Source: Sulfurospirillaceae bacterium (lineage in GTDB: Bacteria; Campylobacterota; Campylobacteria; Campylobacterales; Sulfurospirillaceae). Taken from it: 64,000 bases of DNA. The translations under genes were made by a program, and so were the position numbers. Every line of letters begins with the position of its first letter. Position 1 is the first letter of the stretch. The notes beneath the pieces were generated by a model, which was given only the letters and a program-made list of their open reading frames with translations, was not told the DNA's origin and did not search any database. Positions 38,775 to 47,647 of this stretch are shown piece by piece. The stretch lies in NCBI GenBank assembly GCA_033723415.1, contig JAWVXD010000001.1:160001-224000 (forward strand), written 5' to 3'.

Positions 38775-40433
38775 CTAGACTTCTTGGAAGTTATTACTTA
38801 CATATTCTAATTCATATATATTTTCTGCTATATACTCTATGTCGTCTATTGCTTGGGTTGATGCTGCGAACAATATCTTGTCATCAAGTTTAATTTGCAT
38901 ATTTTCATCAGGTAGTAGATAGAATTTATCTTTTCTCTGAAGTAGCAGTATCATTACGTTATTTTTTAGATTTCTGTTATCTCTTCTCTTTAAAAAATTT
39001 CCTATAACTATAGTTTTATTCTCATTTAGTGCGATTGTTACGGCATATGCCTTATTGGTATTGATAAATAATTCATAAATTTGTGGATTCTCTCCTATAT
39101 TATCTAGTAGGTCCCATATAAGATTAGCTCCAAAATCTTCATTTTGTTCCTTGAGAAGATTTAAGAATTTGTCTGACATTGGATTAATAAGAGCATTAAC
39201 TGTTTTATGGATAAGGATTTTTGATAGCATGTAGACATAGTCTATTTTGGAATACTGAAAGATAGAATAGTTCTCTAATTCATTTTCTCTAGCAATTGTT
39301 ATAATATTTTTATTTAATTTTTTTGCTGTTGACAATAAAGATAAATTGGTCGTATCATCATCGGTACCTGCAATTATGACTGCAGCATCTTGTATACCTT
39401 GACTTTTGAGCAAATCTTTGTCATCTGCATCAGCTATTACGACACCTTTTGTTTTCAAATTTTGTAGCTGTTTTTCATCTATCTCTATAAAAGTTGCTTC
39501 AATGTTGTTGTCTTCTAATATCCTATATATCTCCTTACCCATTCTTCCATATCCGCAAACTATATATTTTCCTCGTGGTAATTTGATAGTGCTATTTGAT
39601 AGAACATCTATATTATAGACCCATTTTTCTATCTGATAAATGGATGGAGAATTAAGACTCAAATTTATATGATTTGATATTATGCTAAAAGGATTTTCTA
39701 CTATTTCAACTCCAACATCCAATAGATTTTCTGTTAAATTGTCAGTGGTAGATTTAATTGCCAACGGAACATTTGGATTGGTCAGTTTACTGGTTATAGC
39801 TATTCTAAGATTTAAGTTGTCATCTTCAAACAAAGATACTAGTCCTTTGCAGTATTTTGATTTAATACCTGATATTTCTAAAGCGATCGGATCATATATA
39901 TCTGCTTGAATTACAGGAATAATAGGAGTGTTCCCTTCTAGTAACAATTCATTTACACGTTCTTCCTCTTTTTCTATAACTACAACTCTAAAGCCTTTTT
40001 TCATGGATTTTTCAATAATTTTTTTGGTTGTGCTGTTAAAACCTAGAATAATAAAAAAGTCCTCTTTTAAATTTTTTATTTGTTTTTTAAATTTTGCACG
40101 TGATAGTTCTTTTAGTAATACTTTATCTTGAACTAGGGATATAATAGTACCAATGCTGTAAAACCAGCCGATAACCGTAAGATAGATTAACATAGATACC
40201 CAGATTCTTTGTGGGTATGTAAAGGTGTAAGGAGTTTCTCCAAAACCTATTGTGGTAGCTGTGTAAGTAACAAAATAAAAAGCATCAAAAATACTCATAT
40301 GATAAGGCTCACCGCTACTTGTTACTCCGCTTATAGAGACAAGACCCACTATTGAGATAGTGTAAGCTATAATAAGTACGATAAAGGGTATTCTCATCTT
40401 TTGTAAGATGAGAAACAAAGAACTGTTTTTCAT
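38775..40433 (-). CDS. Potassium channel family protein with tandem TrkA-N (RCK) domains
   Basis: Two TMs flanking the pore motif TATTIGFGE; RCK motif IVCGYGRMG. Confidence 0.88.
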   Translation of the reverse strand: MKNSSLFLILQKMRIPFIVLIIAYTISIVGLVSISGVTSSGEPYHMSIFDAFYFVTYTATTIGFGETPYTFTYPQRIWVSMLIYLTVIGWFYSIGTIISLVQDKVLLKELSRAKFKKQIKNLKEDFFIILGFNSTTKKIIEKSMKKGFRVVVIEKEEERVNELLLEGNTPIIPVIQADIYDPIALEISGIKSKYCKGLVSLFEDDNLNLRIAITSKLTNPNVPLAIKSTTDNLTENLLDVGVEIVENPFSIISNHINLSLNSPSIYQIEKWVYNIDVLSNSTIKLPRGKYIVCGYGRMGKEIYRILEDNNIEATFIEIDEKQLQNLKTKGVVIADADDKDLLKSQGIQDAAVIIAGTDDDTTNLSLLSTAKKLNKNIITIARENELENYSIFQYSKIDYVYMLSKILIHKTVNALINPMSDKFLNLLKEQNEDFGANLIWDLLDNIGENPQIYELFINTNKAYAVTIALNENKTIVIGNFLKRRDNRNLKNNVMILLLQRKDKFYLLPDENMQIKLDDKILFAASTQAIDDIEYIAENIYELEYVSNNFQEV

Positions 40434-40449
40434 TCTAAATCCCTATCAT

Positions 40450-40827
40450 CTATCTTTTAGATTTAACGGTATCACCTACATATAATATAACAGAAGTGAT
40501 ATTTGCTAGTAAGGCACCTCCTGATAGAGAAACAATTATAACCACAATACTTGGATTCATAGAGCTTGTATAAGCTGCTATGGTCCAAATGGTAGCAGCA
40601 GCAATTAATTGAATATCTGCTACTAACGATGTAGCAAGCAATACAGAGCCCATCTGTGTTCTATCACCGAGCTTTAATATTGTTGCTATCAGGTTAATCA
40701 CAATTGCTGCTAAGAGTTCATATTTGTCATGTTGCTCAATTAGCCCGATGTCTCCATAAAAAAAGCCAAAATTTAATGTCATGGCAAGTATTATAAAAAA
40801 ACCTGCTCTTACTTTTTCTAAATTCAT
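40450..40827 (-). CDS. Small multi-TM membrane protein (DUF6394-like) upstream of the K+ channel
   Basis: MNLEKV...LNFGFFYG...LKLGD...LLATSLVAD; hydrophobic. Family name recalled from memory. Confidence 0.7.
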   Translation of the reverse strand: MNLEKVRAGFFIILAMTLNFGFFYGDIGLIEQHDKYELLAAIVINLIATILKLGDRTQMGSVLLATSLVADIQLIAAATIWTIAAYTSSMNPSIVVIIVSLSGGALLANITSVILYVGDTVKSKR

Positions 40828-40873
40828 ATTCTATCCTTACGTTTACATAGGATTTGGTTGCAAAATTGTTTTT

Positions 40874-41122
40874 TTACTTAAATAGCCTCGGATGTGATTT
40901 TTTAATATGTTCGATGATCGTAATTATCTCTTCTATACCCATTTCTCCGTCATCATCATCTTTGAAAACTTCATCTATAGCATTTACATACGCATCTACT
41001 GCTTCTTCCAATTTATCTTTTTTTACACCGGCAAAGTATAATGCAACATGTAACATATCTGTCAGTTGCATCGCCAATTCTTCAATTTCCAGTTCTATCT
41101 CGTTAATTTCATTGTCTAACAT
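40874..41122 (-). CDS. Acidic small hypothetical protein
   Basis: 82-aa ORF with GGAGG SD, overlapping the DHH gene end. Confidence 0.75.
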   Translation of the reverse strand: MLDNEINEIELEIEELAMQLTDMLHVALYFAGVKKDKLEEAVDAYVNAIDEVFKDDDDGEMGIEEIITIIEHIKKSHPRLFK

Positions 41123-42155
41123 TTTTCCCTCCTGTTTTTTTTGCCATTAAGTTTATAATCTGGTTTTTTATATCTTCATATATAAAACCATCTTTAAAAC
41201 TTCCCATCAAACCTCCACTTGCATTTGGATGACCACCGCCATTAGCTATCTTTGCAGCTACTTTACTTACGTCTATTTTGCCGTTTGCTCTAAAACTTAC
41301 AGTCTTTCTTGATGTTACATCCATAAAAAAATCGAAATTTGGATTTTCTTTGAGAAAATCATTCCCGATAACGGATACATTTCCTATATTATATGTTAAG
41401 ATCCCAAGATATCCATCATATTCTATTTTCATGGATTCTTGATTTTCACTTAACATTTTAACATTATATTTGGAGATTAAATTACTTAGAGTGTCATCTT
41501 GATCAAAAGTCAGTATCTCTTTTTTGATTTTATGCATATTATTATCAAGTGCGATGTGTGGATCCTTATAATCAAAATATGGCTGTATTCTTGTTAATAG
41601 ATCAAACATATACTGACTGTTTTCTTTTGGAAACATAATTCTATTGATCTCTTTAGCTCCACTAACCAAGCCTAAACAAACTTTTCCTAACTCAAATTCC
41701 TCTTTGTCTTCAAGCCAGATATCAACTGCATTGACAACATCAACAAATTTTGATAATTTTTTATCTTCTCCATAGATTGATGAAAAAAAATCATAAGTTA
41801 TCTTGGTCGCACATCTAGCATCATCTAAATAATACCATTCAAACTCTTGGGCGCAATTTTCTCCAGATTTGTGGTGGTCCAACAAAAGAATCATAATATT
41901 TTTATTTGTATTCATGATCTTAGAATCAAATTCTTTAGCTTGTTCCGGTGTTAAATTTAAATCAGTTATTAATATAATATTTTTTTCAAATCCATCATTT
42001 TGAATATCGTTAAATATTTCGTTAAATCTCTCATTTATCTCTTTACCATAATTTGAGTTATAAAATTTTATAGACTCAAAGTATTTGTTTGTGACCATTT
42101 GACATCCATATCCGTCTAGGTCTGTGTGAGACAAATGATATAGCTTATAATCCAT
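41109..42155 (-). CDS. DHH family phosphoesterase
   Basis: SHTDLDG, ITD, LLDHH, GGGHPNASG. Confidence 0.92.
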   Translation of the reverse strand: MDYKLYHLSHTDLDGYGCQMVTNKYFESIKFYNSNYGKEINERFNEIFNDIQNDGFEKNIILITDLNLTPEQAKEFDSKIMNTNKNIMILLLDHHKSGENCAQEFEWYYLDDARCATKITYDFFSSIYGEDKKLSKFVDVVNAVDIWLEDKEEFELGKVCLGLVSGAKEINRIMFPKENSQYMFDLLTRIQPYFDYKDPHIALDNNMHKIKKEILTFDQDDTLSNLISKYNVKMLSENQESMKIEYDGYLGILTYNIGNVSVIGNDFLKENPNFDFFMDVTSRKTVSFRANGKIDVSKVAAKIANGGGHPNASGGLMGSFKDGFIYEDIKNQIINLMAKKTGGKNVRQ

Positions 42156-42163
42156 GTAATTCC

Positions 42164-44344
42164 TTATAAAGTTTCAATTTCTACTGCTCCTAATACTTCA
42201 AATTTAGCATTTGAGTCTATTTCTGCGTGACTTAGTACAACAACATCTAGGTTAAATTTTTCAAAGATATCGTTTAAAGATTTTCTTAAAAGAGGATCAA
42301 CCACGATTACAACAGGAGCTATGCCTTTTTGCAATACTTTACCGGCTTCATCACTGACAACCTGAACGAGTTTGTTTATTTGCCCTATATTTAGTATAAG
42401 ATCTCTTACTCCATCTCTGTCATGTAATGCATCCAATAGTTTCTGTTCTGTTTGCGCATTAAACGTTAGAAGCTTAATAACACCTTCTTCGTCTTTATAC
42501 AGTTTTGTAATAATCCTTGAAAGTTTTGCTCTTACTTGCTCTACTATTATATCCACATTCCTAGTGATTTCTGCTATATCACTAATCGTTTCCAAAATTG
42601 TTAACATATCCTTTATAGGAATTCGCTCATGTAAAAGTGATTTTAAGACTTTTTGTATCAGACCAATATTTGCAACTTTCAAGCAGTCATCAACTACAAC
42701 TTGGTAATTTTCTTTTGTTTTATCTACAAGTTCTTGAACATCTTGTCTAGTTAATAGTTCTTCAGAGTATTTTTTGATCAGCTCACTAAGATGAGTTGAT
42801 ATAACTGTAGACGGATCTATAGTAGTGTAACCTTTTATTATAGCATCTTCTTTTTTATCTGCATCTATCCAGAGTGCATCTAAGCCAAAAGCAGGTTCTT
42901 TGGTTGGAATTCCTTCTATTTCATCTGCAACCAGACCGCTATCCATAGCTAAAAATTTATCCGGAAATATTTCACCGTTTCCAATTTCTACTCCTTTTAA
43001 GAGCAGTTGATACTGATTAGATTTTAAATGCAAATTATCTCTTATTCTAACCTGTGGAATGATGTACCCATAATCAGTTGCAATCTTCCTTCTCATACTT
43101 TTAATCCTATCCAAAAGGTCTCCGCCTTGGCTAGGATCTGCTAGTTTGATTAGTTGATAACCTAAGTCTAGTTCTAGTATTTCTAACTTCAATATATCAT
43201 TCAGCGCTTTTTCTTCTTCTTCCTTTAACTCTTTTTTAGATTTCTTTGGTACTTCAGAAGAAGCCTTTAGCGAATCATCCTCTTTTTTCTGTTTTATATC
43301 TTTTGCAAACATATTTGCTATAGAAAAACCATCTTCTACAGTTTTTTTCATAATATACCCAAGAGTTAAAAATATGAATCCCACAAGGCTTAATGAGATG
43401 CCGGGAAGGCCTGGGACTAATGCAAACATAACTAATATGAAACCTACGATAAAAAGGGTTTTATAGTCACCAAATAATTGGTCAATTGCTCCTGTTGCAA
43501 AGTTTTTATCATCTTTGTTGGCTCTAGTTATAATAATTCCGGTTGCAGTTGAGCTTATAAGTGCCGGTAATTGAGAGACAAGTCCATCACCAATAGTAAG
43601 GATTGTATAAGTTTTTGCACTTGTAGCAAGATCAAGATTGTACTGAAAAGCACCTATAAGAAAACCGCCTATTATATTTATGATGGTTATGATTATACCG
43701 GCTATTGCATCGCCTTTGACAAACTTGCTCGATCCATCCATCGCCCCGTAAAAGCTTGCTTCTTGAAGTATATCTTCTCTTCTGATTCTTGCTGTTTTTT
43801 CATCTATCAAACCGGCATTTAAATCAGCATCGATTGCCATTTGCTTGCCTGGCATAGCATCTAGTGTAAATCTTGCAGCTACTTCTGCTACTCTGGTTGA
43901 GCCTTTAGTAATGACCATAAAGTTTATCAAAACAAGAATAGAAAATACGATGATTCCAATAACGTAATTACCGCCTACAACAAATTCACCAAAACTTGAG
44001 ATGATCTGGCTTACTGCATCAGGTCCTTTATGACCATTGCTAAGTATCATTCTGGTTGTAGCTATATTTAAAGATAATCTATAGAGAGTGATGATTAAGA
44101 TTAAAGTCGGAAAAGTTGTTAAATCGGTTGGTTTAGGTATATATAACGAAATTAAGATAATAAGAACGGACATTGATAAAGAAATTGTTAAGAAGAAATC
44201 AAGGACAGAACTAGGTAATGGTATGATGATAATCGCCAAAATTGCTATAATAATAACAACCATGGTTAAATCTTTAGCTCTAAGTATTGGTCCTAAAATA
44301 GGACTTAAACTAGTTAAAATCTTGTTTCTATTTTGTTTCAACAA
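42164..44344 (-). CDS. flhA: Flagellar export gate protein FlhA
   Basis: RVAEVAARFTLDAMPGKQMAIDADL, FYGAMDG, IGDGLVSQ. Confidence 0.98.
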   Translation of the reverse strand: MLKQNRNKILTSLSPILGPILRAKDLTMVVIIIAILAIIIIPLPSSVLDFFLTISLSMSVLIILISLYIPKPTDLTTFPTLILIITLYRLSLNIATTRMILSNGHKGPDAVSQIISSFGEFVVGGNYVIGIIVFSILVLINFMVITKGSTRVAEVAARFTLDAMPGKQMAIDADLNAGLIDEKTARIRREDILQEASFYGAMDGSSKFVKGDAIAGIIITIINIIGGFLIGAFQYNLDLATSAKTYTILTIGDGLVSQLPALISSTATGIIITRANKDDKNFATGAIDQLFGDYKTLFIVGFILVMFALVPGLPGISLSLVGFIFLTLGYIMKKTVEDGFSIANMFAKDIKQKKEDDSLKASSEVPKKSKKELKEEEEKALNDILKLEILELDLGYQLIKLADPSQGGDLLDRIKSMRRKIATDYGYIIPQVRIRDNLHLKSNQYQLLLKGVEIGNGEIFPDKFLAMDSGLVADEIEGIPTKEPAFGLDALWIDADKKEDAIIKGYTTIDPSTVISTHLSELIKKYSEELLTRQDVQELVDKTKENYQVVVDDCLKVANIGLIQKVLKSLLHERIPIKDMLTILETISDIAEITRNVDIIVEQVRAKLSRIITKLYKDEEGVIKLLTFNAQTEQKLLDALHDRDGVRDLILNIGQINKLVQVVSDEAGKVLQKGIAPVVIVVDPLLRKSLNDIFEKFNLDVVVLSHAEIDSNAKFEVLGAVEIETL

Positions 44345-44350
44345 TCACCT

Positions 44351-44755
44351 TTAGTTTTCTATTATGTCTTTTAAAGTCAAATCATCTAGAAAAAGATCAA
44401 TTTTATTTTGCAATCTTGACAAGACAGGCAAAATTTTACAAAATTCTTCTTTACCGCTGGGACATTTAGATTCAGGAGTTGAACACTCGAAAACTTTTGT
44501 AGGTCTCTTTTCAGCTGACTCAATAATCGTTTTTAATGTTAAATTTTCTGGCCCTGAAGCCAATAAAAATCCACCCTTTGTCCCTTTAAAAGATTTTAAA
44601 ATTCCATTTTTTGCTAACGATTGTAATATTTTAGCTAAAAAACTTTTAGAAATTGCAAGCTCGGTTGATAATGTTTCTACATCCTGTGGTGAATTTTTCC
44701 TCGCAATTATTATTAAAGATAATAATGCATATTCACTGGCCTTTGTTAATAGCAT
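44351..44755 (-). CDS. Rrf2 family transcriptional regulator
   Basis: TKASEYAL, FLAKILQSL, KGTKGGF, three Cys (C-x7-C-x7-C region). Confidence 0.92.
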   Translation of the reverse strand: MLLTKASEYALLSLIIIARKNSPQDVETLSTELAISKSFLAKILQSLAKNGILKSFKGTKGGFLLASGPENLTLKTIIESAEKRPTKVFECSTPESKCPSGKEEFCKILPVLSRLQNKIDLFLDDLTLKDIIEN

Positions 44756-44913
44756 ATGATAAACCTTTCTTTTAATTAAGACTAATATTGTACTAAATAT
44801 AAACTAGATTTTACTTTAAGAAAACAATATCAAATATAGTAGTGAATTTTTTTTTAGTTAATTCAAATAAATTTAGAGGATTATGAGAAAATAGTGACTT
44901 TTCTTATTTTTTC

Positions 44914-44922
44914 TGCTATAAT
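44914..44922 (+). promoter_or_regulatory. Extended -10 promoter of rpsO
   Basis: TGCTATAAT about 55 nt upstream of the rpsO ATG. Confidence 0.6.
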
Positions 44923-44976
44923 TTCTGGCTTAAAAAAATTGAGCAAAAACTCAAAATACCAATCAAGGAGGTCGTA

Positions 44977-45249
44977 ATGGCTTTAGGTTCGGCGGAAAAA
45001 TTAGAAATCGTCAGTAAATTCGGAAGAAAAGAGGGTGACACAGGTTCACCAGAGGTGCAAATAGCTATACTGTCAAAAAGAATATTGGATTTGACAGAAC
45101 ATTTGAAAATCAATAAAAAAGATCATTCATCAAGACTAGGTCTTTTAAAATTGGTAGGACAAAGAAAAAGACTTATGAGATACCTCAAAAAAACTAATTT
45201 TAGTAGATACACTGAGATTCTAAAAGAATTGTCAATAAGAGACAAATAG
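44977..45249 (+). CDS. rpsO: 30S ribosomal protein S15
   Basis: [28 protein letters not shown]. Confidence 0.98.
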   Translation: MALGSAEKLEIVSKFGRKEGDTGSPEVQIAILSKRILDLTEHLKINKKDHSSRLGLLKLVGQRKRLMRYLKKTNFSRYTEILKELSIRDK

Positions 45250-45253
45250 CATT

Positions 45254-45281
45254 TTGGGCCTATTTCTATTAATAGGCTCAA
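45254..45281 (+). terminator. Stem-loop after rpsO
   Basis: TTGGGCCTATT / AATAGGCTCAA (one G-U pair). Confidence 0.55.
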
Positions 45282-45360
45282 TACTCCTTATTTTAATTTA
45301 CTCATTAAAAATTTCAAACACATTAATCGTACATCATTCCGTATAAAATATATTAAAAAG

Positions 45361-45386
45361 TATGTAATTTAGTAATAAATTACATA
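45361..45386. promoter_or_regulatory. Perfect 11-bp palindrome upstream of the HTH gene (candidate operator)
   Basis: TATGTAATTTA-GTAA-TAAATTACATA. Confidence 0.5.
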
Positions 45387-45500
45387 AAATACACATTAAA
45401 TTTTATATAAATACACAAAAATGAGATATTTTAGATACAATAAGTTATATTTTACATACATTTAGGTGTAATTAATTTTGTCTTAGTTAGAATTGTAACT

Positions 45501-45752
45501 ATGAAAACTAATGATATTTTTAATCTCCTTCATAATGCTGTAGAATCAAAATTTCTGGGAAAAAAGATCAGTCAAAGAGAAATGGCTGAGCGACTAGGAG
45601 TTTCTATGAGAACTTATCAAGATTGGAGACTAGGAAATTCTCAACCTCAAGCTGCAACGGCAATATTTAAAATGCTTGGTGAGCTTGATGATGATGAAAT
45701 TTTGAGAATAACAAAACGTATCCGAACCGGTCTAAAAGAGGAGAATACATGA
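45501..45752 (+). CDS. XRE/Cro-type helix-turn-helix protein
   Basis: ISQREMAERLGVSMRTYQDWRLG. Confidence 0.9.
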   Translation: MKTNDIFNLLHNAVESKFLGKKISQREMAERLGVSMRTYQDWRLGNSQPQAATAIFKMLGELDDDEILRITKRIRTGLKEENT

Positions 45753-45913
45753 GCACGTTATCAAAAAAGGAAAAGCAAGCTTTAAATGAATTGTTCCTTT
45801 CATTAGGGGAGCGCAAGAATTTTTTTGATAAATTCAAAAGATTTGTAAATGAATTTATATTACTCGTAAAATATAAATTGAAAAGCAAAAAAGCAAAAAA
45901 TCCTTTCCTATAA
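45749..45913 (+). CDS. Unannotated 54-aa basic protein translationally coupled to the HTH gene
   Basis: GAGGAG at 45738-45743, ATGA overlap: MSTLSKKEKQALNELFLSLGERKNFFDKFKRFVNEFILLVKYKLKSKKAKNPFL*. Confidence 0.7.
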   Translation: MSTLSKKEKQALNELFLSLGERKNFFDKFKRFVNEFILLVKYKLKSKKAKNPFL

Positions 45914-46013
45914 AATCTACTATTTATATTATAAACCTTTTCCAAATTCCCTAAATTCAACATATTACTACTATCTTTCACTGATATTCATCCGTCGATA
46001 TCATAATTATAAA

Positions 46014-46048
46014 ATATGACTAAAGAAAGTTTAGTCATATAGACTAAA
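46014..46048. promoter_or_regulatory. HspR-type operator (HAIR-like) upstream of hrcA
   Basis: TTTAGTC-ATATA-GACTAAA (46030-46048) overlapped by ATATGACTAAA-N5-TTTAGTCATAT (46014-46040). Assignment to HspR is from recall of Campylobacterota heat-shock promoters. Confidence 0.65.
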
Positions 46049-46057
46049 GAAATATAC

Positions 46058-46118
46058 TTGACAAAATAACACTCAATGTTGTATAATTACATCAGCAATT
46101 GAATGTTGAGAGTGACAA
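46058..46118 (+). promoter_or_regulatory. hrcA promoter with downstream CIRCE-like element
   Basis: TTGACA 46058-46063, TATAAT 46082-46087; TCAGCAATT-N9-GAGTGACAA 46092-46118 versus consensus TTAGCACTC-N9-GAGTGCTAA. Confidence 0.65.
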
Positions 46119-46188
46119 GAGTAGTAAAATTTTGCTATAATCATAAAATATAAGAAATTTTAGATTAGCAAAAAAAAGGATAATAATC

Positions 46189-46983
46189 ATGAAAGTATCC
46201 AAAAGAGATTTAATTTTAGAGTCTATTATAAAAGAATATATAAAATCTAAAACTCCTATTGGTTCAAGTGAATTAAAAGGCAGAATGACTCTGGATATAT
46301 CACCATCAACGATTAGAATATATTTTAAGCAGCTATCTGAAGAAGGAGCATTAATCCAGCTTCATGTAAGTAGCGGTAGAATTCCAACGCAAAGTGCTTT
46401 AAGAGAATATTGGTTAAATAAAATAAATCCGGAAGTACCTATTGCTATCGAAGATATTGAAAAAATGCAAAATTCAATTCGTGATTATGGATTATATTGC
46501 ATAGTTAAAAAAAATAAAAATTCTACATTTAGCGAATTGATGCGGGTTAGTGATAGATTTTTAATTTTAGTTTTTGATGAAGATGAGATCGTTTTAAAAT
46601 ATCATCCAAAAATAGAGAAATTTTTAAATAGTTTTATCGGTTGTAGTATGCAGGATTTAAAAAAAATATCTGCAGCTGTCGGACTTTATGAGCTGAGAAA
46701 TAAACTAGAACAGATTTTTTTGCAAACATCAATCTTAAAAGAAGGAAAAGATGAATTGTATAAGATCGCTCAAGAATTAGATAATGAAGAATTTATTGAA
46801 AAGATTGTCGAACCTGGATTCCTGGATTCATTAAATGTAGGTATGTATTTTGATGATTTTGTGCCAAATGGCTGCATGGCCGTTAAGCATAATGCCAACA
46901 TGAAGGATGATGACTTGCAAATGTTTTGCCTAGGAAAGCTAGACAGCGATTTTGAAAGTTTCTTTAAAAATGCAAAGGAGTAA
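46189..46983 (+). CDS. hrcA: Heat-inducible transcription repressor
   Basis: ILESIIKEYI...PIGS, SPSTIR, HVSSGRIPT; precedes grpE-dnaK. Confidence 0.93.
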   Translation: MKVSKRDLILESIIKEYIKSKTPIGSSELKGRMTLDISPSTIRIYFKQLSEEGALIQLHVSSGRIPTQSALREYWLNKINPEVPIAIEDIEKMQNSIRDYGLYCIVKKNKNSTFSELMRVSDRFLILVFDEDEIVLKYHPKIEKFLNSFIGCSMQDLKKISAAVGLYELRNKLEQIFLQTSILKEGKDELYKIAQELDNEEFIEKIVEPGFLDSLNVGMYFDDFVPNGCMAVKHNANMKDDDLQMFCLGKLDSDFESFFKNAKE

Positions 46984-46985
46984 AT

Positions 46986-47531
46986 ATGGATAATGAAGAA
47001 AACAAACAAGAAGAAATAACTCAAAACGATGAAGAGATTGAGACAACAAATGACTCTGAAGAAGTGGTGTCTGAAGTTGAAAATCTGGAAAACAAGATTA
47101 AAGAGTTAGAAGATAAGTACTTAAGAGCCAATGCGGATTTTAATAATATTAAAAAAAGAATGGAAAAAGAAAAAATGATGGCTATAGCTTATGCTCATGA
47201 GACATTTGCTAGAGATTTATTGCCTATCATTGATGCTTTGGAAATGGCTAAGGATGCAAGTGAAGTTGAGAAAGATCAAGACACTGGAGAGCTATTTAAT
47301 AAAATTAAGGAGGGAATAAATTTAACCATAGAGCAATTTAGAAAGACATTTGAAAAACATGGAATAGAATTGGTTGATATGGGAGGAGAATTTAATCCTA
47401 ATTTTCATGAAGCAGTCATGCAGATTGAGAGCGAAGAAAAACAATCTGGAGAAATCTTAGAGGTGTTTCAAAAGGGATATAAGATAAAAGATAGAGTTTT
47501 AAGACCAGCTATGGTGAGTATAGCAAAATAA
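46986..47531 (+). CDS. grpE: Nucleotide exchange factor GrpE
   Basis: LRANADFNN, FNPNFHEAV, QKGYKIKDRVLRPAMV. Confidence 0.97.
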   Translation: MDNEENKQEEITQNDEEIETTNDSEEVVSEVENLENKIKELEDKYLRANADFNNIKKRMEKEKMMAIAYAHETFARDLLPIIDALEMAKDASEVEKDQDTGELFNKIKEGINLTIEQFRKTFEKHGIELVDMGGEFNPNFHEAVMQIESEEKQSGEILEVFQKGYKIKDRVLRPAMVSIAK

Positions 47532-47647
47532 AGAAAGCAAAGAAAAATTAAAAAGTTTAGGCGAAAAGTCTTAGCTTTAAGTGATATAAATTTAGTTTTA
47601 ATAGCTTCAAGCTAAAAATATTAAATAAAAACTTGAAAGGATTAGAA

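Noticed and set aside
45667..45981. 104-aa minus-strand ORF
   Set aside because: Conflicts with the HTH gene and the better-supported plus-strand 54-aa ORF, which has an SD and an ATGA overlap.
47552..47625. Weak hairpins in the grpE-dnaK spacer as an RNA thermometer
   Set aside because: They are short, AT/GU-rich and do not cover the dnaK SD; support is insufficient.
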